NCBI GenBank assembly: GCA_965226495.1
Contig: OZ245365.1
Location: forward strand, 3,392,001 to 3,456,000
DNA from: Candidatus Marinacidobacterales bacterium
GTDB lineage: Bacteria > Acidobacteriota > Vicinamibacteria > Marinacidobacterales > DATDRI01
DNA: 64,000 nt
Direction of reading: 5' to 3'
Position 1 is the stretch's first letter. Every line of letters begins with the position of its first letter. The translations under genes and the position numbers were made by a program. The notes beneath the pieces are model-generated. The model saw nothing but the letters and a program-made list of their open reading frames with translations. It was not told where the DNA came from and did no database searches. Below, piece by piece: positions 18,761 to 28,588 of this stretch.

Positions 18761-20740
18761 GTGACTCGAAAAGGCTCGTCGGTGTCCCGGAGCCCCACCG
18801 CGCTCAGCCGATCTCTGTCGAAATACCCGCTACTCACGCTGGCCACCCTCGGCTTCGGAGGGGCGGGTGTTCTACTCTGGCATTTCTCACAGCTGTCTTC
18901 CGAACTGAAAGAGGCAGCCGCGATAGAAAGCGCCGCCCGGTACTCCGAAGTGCTCGCAGAGTTTCGGACGCTCTATACGTCGGAGGTCGTGTCTCGGCTA
19001 CGGCCTCACGGCATCGAAGTCACTCACGACTACCAGTCGAAAGAAGGTGCCATACCACTGCCCGCCACGCTGAGTATGCTCCTTGGCGAGCGAATCGGGA
19101 GAAAAGGCTCCTCCGTTCAAGTACATCTATATAGCGACTACCCTTTTCCCTGGCGGGAAGACGGAGGTCCGAGAAACGATTTCGAACGGGCCGCCCTCGG
19201 CCAGTTGAGGCGAACTCCGAATGAGCCCTTCTTTCAATTCGCCGAGATCCAGGGTCAGCCCGCACTGCATTACGCAACGGCAGATCTCATGAGACCCCAG
19301 TGCGTCGGTTGTCACAACTCCCACCCCGACAGCCCCAAAACGGACTGGGGTGTGGGAGACGTGCGCGGCGTCCTGGAGGTTATCTTACCGATGCACAACG
19401 TGGAGGCGGTGGCCCGGACTGGGCTCAGAGGCACGTTGCTCCTGACGTTGACCCTGATTCTGACCGGTCTTGGACTACTGGCCGTGGTGATCACCGGACT
19501 CCGGCGCTCGTGGGAGACGGAGGAAAGACTACAAGCACAACTACGCCATTCCCACAAGATGGAAACCATCGGGACGTTGGCGGGCGGCATCGCCCACGAC
19601 TTCAATAACGTCCTGACGCCCATCCTCGGATACACGAACATGGCCCTCGAGGACACCCCTCCCAAAAGCCGCACCCATTCCGACCTCCAGCACATCCTCG
19701 CCGCCGGCAAACGCGCGAAAGAGCTCGTGAATCAGATTCTGACTTTCAGTCGACGGAGTGAGCCGGAGCGAAAACCCGTCCAGATTGCATTCATCGTCAC
19801 CGAGGCGCTGAAACTGCTGCGTTCTTCCCTGCCGTCCACGATCGAGTTCCGCCAAGAGATCGACCAGGATTGCGGTACGGTGCTCGCCGATGCGACCCAG
19901 ATTCATCAGGTCATCATGAATCTGTGCACGAATGCGTTCCACGCGATGAGAGAAAGCGGAGGGATGCTCGAAGTGAACCTCGGTGTCGTGGAGGTAGACG
20001 ACGAGCTCGCGCGACCACATCCCAAACTCGCTCTCGGGCCCTACGTGAGGCTGACGTTCAGCGACTCCGGTCATGGAATGGATCCCGAGACCCGAGACCG
20101 CATCTTCGAACCGTTCTTTACGACAAAGGGCGTCGGCAAAGGGACCGGTCTCGGCCTCTCCGTTGTCCATGGAATCGTAGTGAGCCACGGCGGCGAAATC
20201 ACGGTCTACAGCGAGCCCGGCCTGGGAACTACTTTCCACGTCTACCTGCCCCGCTCAGAGGCCCCGGCAGACGGGCGCCAACCGGCCCGCTCCGACGCCG
20301 AGCCCGCCGTCACTGGAAGTGAGCGAGTGTTGGTCGTAGATGACGACGAAGAGGTCGCCCAAGTGGCAGAGCAAATGCTGAAACGACTCGGTTACCAGGT
20401 GACGGTGCGCACGAACAGCGCCGAAGCCCGGGATATATTCCTCGCCCATCCCGAGCGATTCGATATCGTCATCACCGATCAGACCATGCCCCAGCTGACG
20501 GGCGTCGAATTGGCCAAGGAGCTTCTTGGCGCCCGGCCCGACTTACCCATTATCCTTATTAGTGGCTTCAGCGAGCTCATCACCAGGGCGAAGATCAAGA
20601 AAATCGGGATTCGGCATTACCTTATGAAACCCCTGGTCGGGAGCGAGCTAGGGGCGGCGATCAGACAAGTCCTCGATAAGAATGATAAAAATGTTGAGAG
20701 TGACGAAAATGACAAGAACGAGAAACGAGAGGAGGGATGA
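18761..20740 (+). CDS. Hybrid histidine kinase with periplasmic heme-c (DUF3365/Tll0287-like) sensor and receiver domain
   Basis: CVGCH between two TMs; IAHDFNN, FEPFFTTK, GTGLGL, ITDQTMP; GTG start inferred. Confidence 0.9.
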   Translation: MTRKGSSVSRSPTALSRSLSKYPLLTLATLGFGGAGVLLWHFSQLSSELKEAAAIESAARYSEVLAEFRTLYTSEVVSRLRPHGIEVTHDYQSKEGAIPLPATLSMLLGERIGRKGSSVQVHLYSDYPFPWREDGGPRNDFERAALGQLRRTPNEPFFQFAEIQGQPALHYATADLMRPQCVGCHNSHPDSPKTDWGVGDVRGVLEVILPMHNVEAVARTGLRGTLLLTLTLILTGLGLLAVVITGLRRSWETEERLQAQLRHSHKMETIGTLAGGIAHDFNNVLTPILGYTNMALEDTPPKSRTHSDLQHILAAGKRAKELVNQILTFSRRSEPERKPVQIAFIVTEALKLLRSSLPSTIEFRQEIDQDCGTVLADATQIHQVIMNLCTNAFHAMRESGGMLEVNLGVVEVDDELARPHPKLALGPYVRLTFSDSGHGMDPETRDRIFEPFFTTKGVGKGTGLGLSVVHGIVVSHGGEITVYSEPGLGTTFHVYLPRSEAPADGRQPARSDAEPAVTGSERVLVVDDDEEVAQVAEQMLKRLGYQVTVRTNSAEARDIFLAHPERFDIVITDQTMPQLTGVELAKELLGARPDLPIILISGFSELITRAKIKKIGIRHYLMKPLVGSELGAAIRQVLDKNDKNVESDENDKNEKREEG

Positions 20741-20743
20741 GCG

Positions 20744-21100
20744 ATGGCCCGAATCCTTGTTGTAGACGACAACGACGACATACGGCAAATGCTCCGGGAA
20801 CTACTGGAACGCGCCGGGCATGAGGTCACCGACAGCCACAATGCGGACGAGGCGTTACGGAGCTACCGCGAAAAACCATCGGATCTCTGCATCCTGGATC
20901 TACTGATGCCGGAAAAACAGGGCATGACCAGCATCCCGGAGTTCTTACGGGAGTTCCCAGACGTTAAGATCATTGCGATTTCGGGGGCCGGCCGGGAGTT
21001 TCTCGCCCTCGCCAAGAAGCTCGGCGCCCAACGCGCGTACACCAAGCCATTGGAACTGGATGAGTTAATGCAAGGTGTCAAGGAACTTCTTGACAACTAA
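20744..21100 (+). CDS. Single-domain response regulator
   Basis: VVDD, ILDLLMP, ISG, KP. Confidence 0.92.
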   Translation: MARILVVDDNDDIRQMLRELLERAGHEVTDSHNADEALRSYREKPSDLCILDLLMPEKQGMTSIPEFLREFPDVKIIAISGAGREFLALAKKLGAQRAYTKPLELDELMQGVKELLDN

Positions 21101-21110
21101 GGAGGGAGGG

Positions 21111-21569
21111 ATGCAACGAATGATTCTACTCGTTTCGCTCGTAGTCTTCGCAGGTCTTGCGGTCACCGCAGAAGAGGCCGACCAACAGGTGGCCGAAGAG
21201 ATCATCGCTATCACCAAGGCGCAGTGGGCGGCCGAAAAAGAGAAGAACCTAGCGGAAGCGATGAAGAACGTCGCCGACGAGTACACCGAGTTCAATCCCA
21301 ACTCCCCGGTCCGCGTCGACGGCAAGGCGCTGGCTGTGCACATCCAAGAGGTCCTCGCCACCGGAAACAGCAAGTCGGTCTTGGCCGAGATGGCTAATGA
21401 GAAGGTCCAGGTCTATGGGGACGTCGCCATTCTGACCTACAACTATTTCGGCGCGGTCAAGGACGAGAACGGCAACATTGAGCAAACACCCGCCAAGTCA
21501 ACCCGTGTCTACGCGAAGAAAAACGGCAAGTGGATGCTGGTCCACGCCAACTTTGCGGTCGCTAATTGA
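21111..21569 (+). CDS. Secreted NTF2/DUF4440-family protein
   Basis: Strong RBS, signal peptide, KVQVYGDVAILTY...STRVY...WMLVHANF. Confidence 0.82.
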   Translation: MQRMILLVSLVVFAGLAVTAEEADQQVAEEIIAITKAQWAAEKEKNLAEAMKNVADEYTEFNPNSPVRVDGKALAVHIQEVLATGNSKSVLAEMANEKVQVYGDVAILTYNYFGAVKDENGNIEQTPAKSTRVYAKKNGKWMLVHANFAVAN

Positions 21570-21654
21570 TTTAGCGGGAGTTGGCTCTTGAAATCGTGTC
21601 CGGGCTTGATTTTTCCTGCGGACGCTCGCCGCTGGTCTCGTCACCATCGATACG

Positions 21655-22140
21655 TTACGAGCAGGATCGGGAAACAAGCATTCCCAAGACCCCGAACACC
21701 ACACCGAAAAAAAGCGTAATCACCGTCCTGGTCCACGACCGGCCCGCTTGGCCCTGGGTTGAGACCATCTCGCCGAAGGATGCCTCTTTGACTTGCTCAT
21801 CCAACTGTTCGACAACCGCTATCGCCTTCTCCGTGGGCTTGACGTACCTCTTGACTCCACCCGGAACGTCCCACATCTGGACCTGGGCGTACTGCCGACG
21901 AGTTAAGGAAGACAAAATGTCGTGAAACTCGGTCCCCAGGACCCTGCCGGCTGCAACGTCGTAACCGACATCCGCCGCCAATTGCGGCTCCTGGACCCAT
22001 CCGTGTTTTTCGATCTTCCTCCCTCCCGGACTCTCGAGGCGAGAGCCGTCCGCGCCTTTGGGGCTGGTGCCGGTGGGACGGTGAAAGTTGACGAGAATCG
22101 TCAGGACTCTTTTCTCGTCCGGAGTCAAGTTGTCAGTCAC
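21655..22140 (-). CDS. Hypothetical protein with C-terminal TM anchor
   Basis: 161-aa ORF with hydrophobic C-terminus. Confidence 0.5.
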   Translation of the reverse strand: MTDNLTPDEKRVLTILVNFHRPTGTSPKGADGSRLESPGGRKIEKHGWVQEPQLAADVGYDVAAGRVLGTEFHDILSSLTRRQYAQVQMWDVPGGVKRYVKPTEKAIAVVEQLDEQVKEASFGEMVSTQGQAGRSWTRTVITLFFGVVFGVLGMLVSRSCS

Positions 22141-22197
22141 GACGTTCTCTCTGGCCGAAACCGGTAGGTCATAACGGGAGCGTGCGAGGGATGTGAA

Positions 22198-22686
22198 TCA
22201 CTGAATGGGCACGCCGAGCCCTGTTTCCACCGGATGGCCCCCCGTCTCCCATGCACGGAAACCACCTTGCAGCGCCGAGACGTTCGCGAATCCTGCCATC
22301 TTGAGCACAAGCGCCGCACCGGCGCTAACCTCCTCGGCCTGTCACGTGCAGTAGGTGACAATCGTAGCATCGCGGCTAATCTCTAGAACACGTTTGCCGA
22401 GATTGTTCAGGGGAATGGAGACCGCTCCGGGAATGTGTCCTCGCAAAAAATTCTCTCGGCTACGCACATCGATGACGATCACGTTGGACTCTTCTGGCCT
22501 TTCGAGGAGAGACACGAAATCTTCGAGCGAGATTCGTGGAACCCCCGCCCTGGCGGCCTCCTCGCTGCGTTCGACCGTTCGCGGTTCTTCAGAAACAGGG
22601 GGAACGCCAACATCGGCGGGTGGGGTCTCGCAAGACGTGACCAGCAGAAGTGGCGCAAGAATCACAAGCGATCCGTGGGCTTTCAC
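22198..22686 (-). CDS. Rhodanese-like lipoprotein, selenoprotein (CxU; UGA at 22342-22344)
   Basis: Lipobox LVTSC, IDVRS..F..GHIPGA, IVTYCT-UGA, then in-frame QAEEVSA...GF.NVSALQGGFRAW..GGHPVE completes the domain. Confidence 0.85.
22310..22326 (-). promoter_or_regulatory. Bacterial SECIS-like hairpin
   Basis: AGCGCCG-GUG-CGGCGCU starting 15 nt after the UGA. Confidence 0.65.
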
Positions 22687-22901
22687 TTTATCCTTCCATG
22701 TGTTGTGGAGGTGGGGAAGCGCGGGGCTTCCCCTCAAGAAATTATACGCGAATCGCGCGCGTAGGGCGATCCGGAGATCTCTGATTGACATTGGAAAGCG
22801 GTAGGTCTAGCCTAGCGGCCAGCGTTCTGCAAGCCTCTCTCATTCCAGCCCGGTTAAAAGAGGCACCTTATAAAAAGTACCCTTTTCATATGGAGGTAAT
22901 C

Positions 22902-23396
22902 ATGACGAAACACCCTTTATTACTGACCACCACGGCGGTGCTGCTCACCGTTATTGCGTGCGCGCCGCCACCCGAACCCCCACCCGAGATCGACATCGAA
23001 GCAGAAAGAGCAGCACTCACACAGGCAGCCAACCGCTATAGCGAGGGCGGCCATTCGATGGATATCGACGCCATTGCATCCCTTTATGCAAGCGACGCTT
23101 TGGTGATGGGCTCCAATATGGAGACGAAGGAAGGCGCGGCTGGAGTCCGCGAGTTCCTCGCCGCCTTCAAGGAGACCCCCGGTTTTGAGGTGAGTTTCGG
23201 AGCGCCGACCGTCGTAGTCTCCAAGGGAGCCGACATGGGCTACACGCTCGCCGATATCGAGATCTCGTTCGACGGCCCGGACGGGAAGCCGGTGAACTCA
23301 CGGGAACGTGATTTCCATCTCTGGAAGAAGCAGGCAGATGGTTCCTGGAAGATCGTCATTGATATATGGAACTCACCGGCTCCCGCCAGCGAGTAA
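22902..23396 (+). CDS. DUF4440/NTF2-family lipoprotein
   Basis: GGAGG RBS, lipobox VIAC, HLWKKQADGSWKIVIDIWNS. Confidence 0.85.
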   Translation: MTKHPLLLTTTAVLLTVIACAPPPEPPPEIDIEAERAALTQAANRYSEGGHSMDIDAIASLYASDALVMGSNMETKEGAAGVREFLAAFKETPGFEVSFGAPTVVVSKGADMGYTLADIEISFDGPDGKPVNSRERDFHLWKKQADGSWKIVIDIWNSPAPASE

Positions 23397-23450
23397 ACCG
23401 AGTCGTGAATCGGTAATGTGTGTTAACTACCAAATTGGAGGGAGAAAATC

Positions 23451-23645
23451 ATGAAATCACTACTGTCGAAAACATTATTGATAGGCGTTACGCTAGGCAT
23501 CTGCCTCGCGGCCAATGCGGGCACTCGTGTCACTGAAGTATGGCAGTGCACTCTTTAGGGACAGGAGATCGAAGCCGCGCTCAACGAGGCTGCGACCTGC
23601 TCATCGAACAGCCTGCACCTGTCAACCGAAACCGAGAGTAAGTAA
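23451..23645 (+). pseudogene. Interrupted small secreted protein
   Basis: Strong RBS, signal peptide MKSLLSKTLL...NAG, VWQCTL-TAG(23556) then in-frame GQEIEAALNEAATCSSNSLH. Confidence 0.5.
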
Positions 23646-23702
23646 AGGGTCGACATCTCCTCGCCGCGTGTGCTCAGGGGTAGTGTGTTCGTACGGAGAT
23701 CC

Positions 23703-24200
23703 ATGGCGAAATCCCGTCCCTTGCTGACCTACCTGCCGCTGTTGCTGGTGTGCTCGTGCTCGCCCCTGCCAGAGGCCTCGGTCGACCTCGAAGCCGAAAG
23801 GGCGGTGCTCCACGAAACGGCCGACGCTTTTCATGAGGCAGCCCCGTCCATGGATGTGGAGAAGCTCGTATCTCACTATGCGAGCGACGTACTGCTGCTG
23901 CCGCCTGGTGGCAAGAGGCTGCAGGGAACGGAAGCGGCCCGCGACTTTCTGGCCGGCTTCGCAGCGATGCCGGGTGCCAAGGCCCGCTTCGAAGAGCCTC
24001 GACTCATCGAGGTCGCCCGCGGCGGTGACCTTGGCTACACGTTGGGCGATGCGGTGTTCTCATTCGATAGCCCCCACGGGAATACTCTGGTCCAACGCGT
24101 CCGAGAATTCCACCTGTGGAAGAAGCAGGATGACGGCTCGTGGAAGATCGTTATCGATATCTGGAACTCGGGGACTCCCCCACCAACACAGGGCCAATGA
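23703..24200 (+). CDS. DUF4440/NTF2-family lipoprotein, paralog of 22902
   Basis: DLEAERA, GDLGYTL, HLWKKQDDGSWKIVIDIWNS. Confidence 0.85.
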   Translation: MAKSRPLLTYLPLLLVCSCSPLPEASVDLEAERAVLHETADAFHEAAPSMDVEKLVSHYASDVLLLPPGGKRLQGTEAARDFLAGFAAMPGAKARFEEPRLIEVARGGDLGYTLGDAVFSFDSPHGNTLVQRVREFHLWKKQDDGSWKIVIDIWNSGTPPPTQGQ

Positions 24201-24230
24201 AAATCACAGATCAACGGAGATGTCGTGTCT

Positions 24231-25883
24231 ATGACCAACAAAGTGGGAAGCCTGATCATGCTGGCGGCGGTGTTCGCCGCTGGAATTAGTAGAGCGGAGG
24301 AAAGCCCTGTGGCGAGCAGCTACGACGACCTGGTGGCACTCTTTGAAGACTGGCGGCAGTTCGAAGAACCGCCCATGCTCGACGGTGCGCCCGACTACAC
24401 TGCCGAACGATTCGCCGCCGCCCATGCCAAGCTTGCGGATTACCAGGCTCGCCTGAACGCGATCGACACCAGTGGTTGGCCCGTCGAGCAACAGGTCGAC
24501 TGGCACATCGTGCGCGCCGAAATAAACGGATTCGACTTCAACCACCGCGTGTTGAAGCCTTGGGTTCGTGATCCTGCGTATTACCAATCGGTATGGACCG
24601 AAAAGAGTGACGTGCCCGCACACGAAGGGCCGACCCATCACGCGGTGCTCGAGCTCTGGACCTATGATTTCCCGTTGTCTGCTGAAGAGGGGCAGCGCAT
24701 GATCCGCGATCTGCAGGTGATTCCGCCGCTCATGAAGCAAGCAAGAGGCAATTTGACCGGCAATGCCCGCGATCTTTGGGTGGCCGGCATCAGAAACATT
24801 GAGGGCCAACGAGCGAATCTCGACCTGATCGTCGGGAAAGTAGGTGAGGATGCGAGCGATGAGCTAGCCCAAGCGCTAAAAGCCGCGAAGGCGGCGACCG
24901 ACGAGCTCGTCGCCTGGCTCGAAGAACAGGCACCCTCCAAGACCGGGCCCTCCGGCATCGGCAAGGCCAACTACACTTGGTATCAGCAGAACGTGCATCT
25001 CGTGCCGCTGACCTGGGAAGATGAAGTCCGCTTGCTCAAACGTGAACTAGACCGCGCCTGGTCGTCCCTGCGTCTCGAAGAGCAGCGCAACCGTGAGTTG
25101 CCGCAATTGGTCGCCGCTTCGACGCGCGAGGAATACGATCGCCGGGCCGATGAAGCGGCGACGAAGTTCATCCAGTTTCTAGGAGAACAAGAAATTTTAA
25201 CCGTGAAAGACTATATGGATCCGGCTCTGCGGGAACACCTCGGCCATTTTGTTCCTGAGGGAGAGCGGAATTTCTTCTTCATCGCGATGCACTACGATCC
25301 CCTGACCCTTTATACGCATTTTTATCACTGGTTTGATTTGGCACAGATGCGCGACGAACCGCACAAGAGCCTGATTCGACGAGACCCTTTGCTCTACAAT
25401 ATTTTCGACAGCCGAAACGAGGGTACCGCGACCGGAGTCGAAGAAATGTTCATGCACGCCGGGCTCTACGACGACAACCCGCGCTCCCGCGAAATCGTCT
25501 GGATTCTGCTCGCACAGCGTGCCGCCCGCGGTCTGGGCTCTCTCTACGCCCACGCCAACGAGATGACCATGGCGGAGGCGGGGACGGTCCATGTCGAATG
25601 GACACCGCGGGGCTGGATGAGCGCGGAGCTCGACCTACTCAAGTTTGAACAACAGCTCTATCTACGTCAGCCGGGTTACGGCACGAGCTACATCACAGGG
25701 AAGTATCTGCTCGAGCGCCTCATGGGCGAGTACAGCAAAGGACTCGAAGAGCGGGGCGAAGTGTTCGTCATGGCGGATTTCTTCGACAAGTTTAACGACG
25801 CGGGCAGCATCCCGATCTCGCTGGTGCGCTGGCAGATGACCGGCCGCGACGACGAGATCAAGATGATGATGGGTGAGAACTAA
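24231..25883 (+). CDS. Secreted DUF885-like protein
   Basis: Signal peptide, [28 protein letters not shown]. Confidence 0.65.
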   Translation: MTNKVGSLIMLAAVFAAGISRAEESPVASSYDDLVALFEDWRQFEEPPMLDGAPDYTAERFAAAHAKLADYQARLNAIDTSGWPVEQQVDWHIVRAEINGFDFNHRVLKPWVRDPAYYQSVWTEKSDVPAHEGPTHHAVLELWTYDFPLSAEEGQRMIRDLQVIPPLMKQARGNLTGNARDLWVAGIRNIEGQRANLDLIVGKVGEDASDELAQALKAAKAATDELVAWLEEQAPSKTGPSGIGKANYTWYQQNVHLVPLTWEDEVRLLKRELDRAWSSLRLEEQRNRELPQLVAASTREEYDRRADEAATKFIQFLGEQEILTVKDYMDPALREHLGHFVPEGERNFFFIAMHYDPLTLYTHFYHWFDLAQMRDEPHKSLIRRDPLLYNIFDSRNEGTATGVEEMFMHAGLYDDNPRSREIVWILLAQRAARGLGSLYAHANEMTMAEAGTVHVEWTPRGWMSAELDLLKFEQQLYLRQPGYGTSYITGKYLLERLMGEYSKGLEERGEVFVMADFFDKFNDAGSIPISLVRWQMTGRDDEIKMMMGEN

Positions 25884-25907
25884 CTCTAGAGAGAGCCCGA
25901 CACTCTG

Positions 25908-26891
25908 GTGCGTGATTTTCCTGTCGTCGATCTCTCCGCACTGAATGGCACCAGCGTCGCTCGTACCGCCCTGACCCACCAAATCGATGCCGTCTGTTGC
26001 GACATCGGTTTTCTGGCCGTGACCGGCCACGCGGTGCCCGACGACATTCTCCAGGACATGCAGGCGGTGACACGAGCCTTCTTCGACTTGCCGGTGGAGA
26101 AGAAGCTCGAAGTCAAGATGCCGTATGCGGGATACCCGTACGGCTACGCCCCCTTGCAAGCAGAGGCGCTCGCACAGTCGCGAGGCAACCAGACGCCGCC
26201 CGACCTCAAGGAGACGTTCAGTATTGGCCCGATTCATCTCCCCCACGGCGAGATCCAGAGCGACGAAGATGCGTTTCGCTACGCACCCACCCAATGGCCC
26301 CGCGAGCCCGAGGCGTTTCGGATGATCTGGACACGCTACTTCGATGCCCTGGCGGAGTTGTCCCGAGTCGTCATGAGGGCGTTTTCTCTAGCACTCGAGC
26401 TTCCAGAGGATTTCTTCGAGGACAAGATCGACCGTCACGGAAGCGCCGTCAGGGCTCTCAACTACCCGCCGCTTCTCGACGCGCCGCTGCCCGGCCAGTT
26501 CCGAGCCGGCGCGCATTCCGACTACGGGAGCCTCACCATCTTGCTGCCCGAGGACGGCTCGAGCGGACTCGAGATTCAAACCGCCGATGGCACCTGGCTT
26601 AAAGTGCCTCCGGTTCCTGGAGCATTTATCGTTAACATCGGCGACTTGATGGCGCGATGGACGAACGATCGTTGGGTGTCGACGATGCACCGGGTGGTAG
26701 GCTCCGCCGAAGGGGGTTCGCGCCGCCGGCAGTCGATCGCTTTCTTTCACCTCCCGAACTGGGATGCACCGATCGCCTGCCTGCCCAGCTGCGTAGCCGA
26801 GGACGAAGACCCCAAGTATCCGCCCGTTGTTTCAGGCCCTTACCTGATGCAGAAGTTTCGAAGTACGGTGAAGCCCAGCCGCGAGGTTTAG
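25908..26891 (+). CDS. Isopenicillin-N-synthase-family 2OG-Fe(II) oxygenase
   Basis: HSD...NIGDLMARWTND...HRV...RQS. Confidence 0.92.
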   Translation: MRDFPVVDLSALNGTSVARTALTHQIDAVCCDIGFLAVTGHAVPDDILQDMQAVTRAFFDLPVEKKLEVKMPYAGYPYGYAPLQAEALAQSRGNQTPPDLKETFSIGPIHLPHGEIQSDEDAFRYAPTQWPREPEAFRMIWTRYFDALAELSRVVMRAFSLALELPEDFFEDKIDRHGSAVRALNYPPLLDAPLPGQFRAGAHSDYGSLTILLPEDGSSGLEIQTADGTWLKVPPVPGAFIVNIGDLMARWTNDRWVSTMHRVVGSAEGGSRRRQSIAFFHLPNWDAPIACLPSCVAEDEDPKYPPVVSGPYLMQKFRSTVKPSREV

Positions 26892-26965
26892 GCCGGCCGC
26901 CTGTCCCCTGGAGCTGTAAATCTTCGGAACCCTCTGCGACAATGGGGTATCGCACCCCATTACTC

Positions 26966-27766
26966 ATGGCTTTCAAAGGACGACTCGAGAATGCACCGCT
27001 CCTGGAGCTGATCCAGATCCTTGCCTATTCGCGAAAGAGCGGCCTCTTGACGGTGAAGTCCGGAGAAACGAGAGGCCTAGTAATCTTCCAAGAGGGAAAC
27101 GTCGTTTGTGCCTATAGCCCGAAGACCGTCGACCTTCTGGTCAAAGCCGCCCAGGAGGCTGACCCGGACCGTCGTTTATCGCTGCGACGGATCCAAGCCT
27201 TAACTTCCTTGCGGGAGCTCTTCGATCTGGCGGAGGGGGACTATCGCTTTGTCCGGGGGTCGAAACCGGTGCCCGAACTACAAGGCCTCAGCATCAAGCC
27301 TTTCTACGACGACGGGGCGTTGGAAACCGGAGACTTGTTGGTGGCGTTGGAGATGTCGATGGCCGAAGAGCCACAAGTGGCCCGGGCCGCAACGTTGCCC
27401 GAAAAGGATTATTCCGATGAACGGCGCCACGCTCGCTACGCCCCGATTATCATCAAGGGTGATCTCGTGATGTCGGGCAAAACCCTGAGCGGACTCCTAA
27501 CCAACTTGAGCTTGGGCGGCACGTTCTTTCATGCCGATGAGCTTCCTCCTAAGGACAGCCTCTGTGAGCTCCACTTCACTCTGCCCGAGGACCTCGGCCC
27601 GTGTAAGGCTCAGGCTAAGGTCGTGTGGGTGCGATCCGAGGGAGCGAACACGAGGAGAGGAGCCGGTCTTGCCTTCGAGGCGCTCGCCGTCGGTTGCCAG
27701 GAGAGGATCACGGCTTACCTGAAGCGATTCCAAGAGCTCGCCAGTGACGTCGACGCAAAGGCCTGA
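26966..27766 (+). CDS. DUF4388 + PilZ domain protein
   Basis: MAFKGRLE..L.ELIQ...KSG.L; PilZ RRHAR and NLSLGG. Confidence 0.82.
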   Translation: MAFKGRLENAPLLELIQILAYSRKSGLLTVKSGETRGLVIFQEGNVVCAYSPKTVDLLVKAAQEADPDRRLSLRRIQALTSLRELFDLAEGDYRFVRGSKPVPELQGLSIKPFYDDGALETGDLLVALEMSMAEEPQVARAATLPEKDYSDERRHARYAPIIIKGDLVMSGKTLSGLLTNLSLGGTFFHADELPPKDSLCELHFTLPEDLGPCKAQAKVVWVRSEGANTRRGAGLAFEALAVGCQERITAYLKRFQELASDVDAKA

Positions 27767-27784
27767 CCCGAGCCTCTCGAAGAA

Positions 27785-28360
27785 TTACTGAGCCCGTTCT
27801 AGCACCGCCGCCAACTCGCTGGCTTGCGCGATGTCAACGAGGATGAAACCCTCTTCCTCGACCGCGACCAGCTCATCCTCCATCTTACTCGTCCTGGACG
27901 TTCCGAGGACGCGATACTCGCATCGTCTCGACAACTCCGATCCACGTTCCACGAACGCAACGAGCTCGGGCAGACCAAAGGAGCGCTCTCGCCTTGTCAT
28001 CGTACCGGGAAGGAGACAGTACCCGGCGGCCGCGGCCTCGTTCAACTCTTTCTGCATCGTGTCGATCTTGGTCGTCCCAATGACACGATACCCAAAATCC
28101 TCACCCTTAGAAGCGGTCCTTTTCATCAGGGCCACTTGCCCGCCGCCCCTGGACGCGGTTGCCACGATGCGGAATCCCAAAGCCGCCGCTTCGTCAATCT
28201 CTTTTTGCAGGGTCGTCGTTTTGGACGTGGAAAGTACGAGGTAGATCTTGTTGGGATCAATCTCGGCCATCGCGGCTGAGCCCAGGAGCAACGTGGCGAC
28301 AGCCACTGAAAGGAGCCGAACGAGATGCGAGCTCGATTCTTGTACGCACTCTTTTCTCAT
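27785..28360 (-). CDS. Secreted protein with three internal ~48-56-aa repeats (DUF4177-like)
   Basis: GGAGGAGG RBS; Y.V..T.K...(L/M)QKE..EAA..G(F/Y) pattern repeated three times. Confidence 0.7.
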   Translation of the reverse strand: MRKECVQESSSHLVRLLSVAVATLLLGSAAMAEIDPNKIYLVLSTSKTTTLQKEIDEAAALGFRIVATASRGGGQVALMKRTASKGEDFGYRVIGTTKIDTMQKELNEAAAAGYCLLPGTMTRRERSFGLPELVAFVERGSELSRRCEYRVLGTSRTSKMEDELVAVEEEGFILVDIAQASELAAVLERAQ

Positions 28361-28394
28361 TTCCAACCTCCTCCATGCGGATCTTGTTGAAGTG

Positions 28395-28422
28395 AATAGC
28401 ACTACACAGGCTGAAAAGTCAA
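28395..28422 (-). promoter_or_regulatory. Promoter module 26/28 identical to 34944-34971
   Basis: TTGACTTTTCAGCCTGTG(T/C)AG(T/G)GCTATT. Confidence 0.6.
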
Positions 28423-28588
28423 AAGAGGACAACAGCTCCCCCAACAGGTCTTCTTGAACTCCCAGATCTCTTTTTGTTCGGCGGACCAGTCCGCGGACAG
28501 GTTCAATCGGGGAAGTTCATGCGCCGCAGCAGGTCCTGGAAGCGGGGGTCGTCGCGGATGGGGTCGAACCATGGAGCGGCATTCGGAC

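Noticed and set aside
23556-23558. Pyrrolysine read-through at TAG
   Set aside because: No pyl context; the product would be very short, so a deletion scar is more plausible
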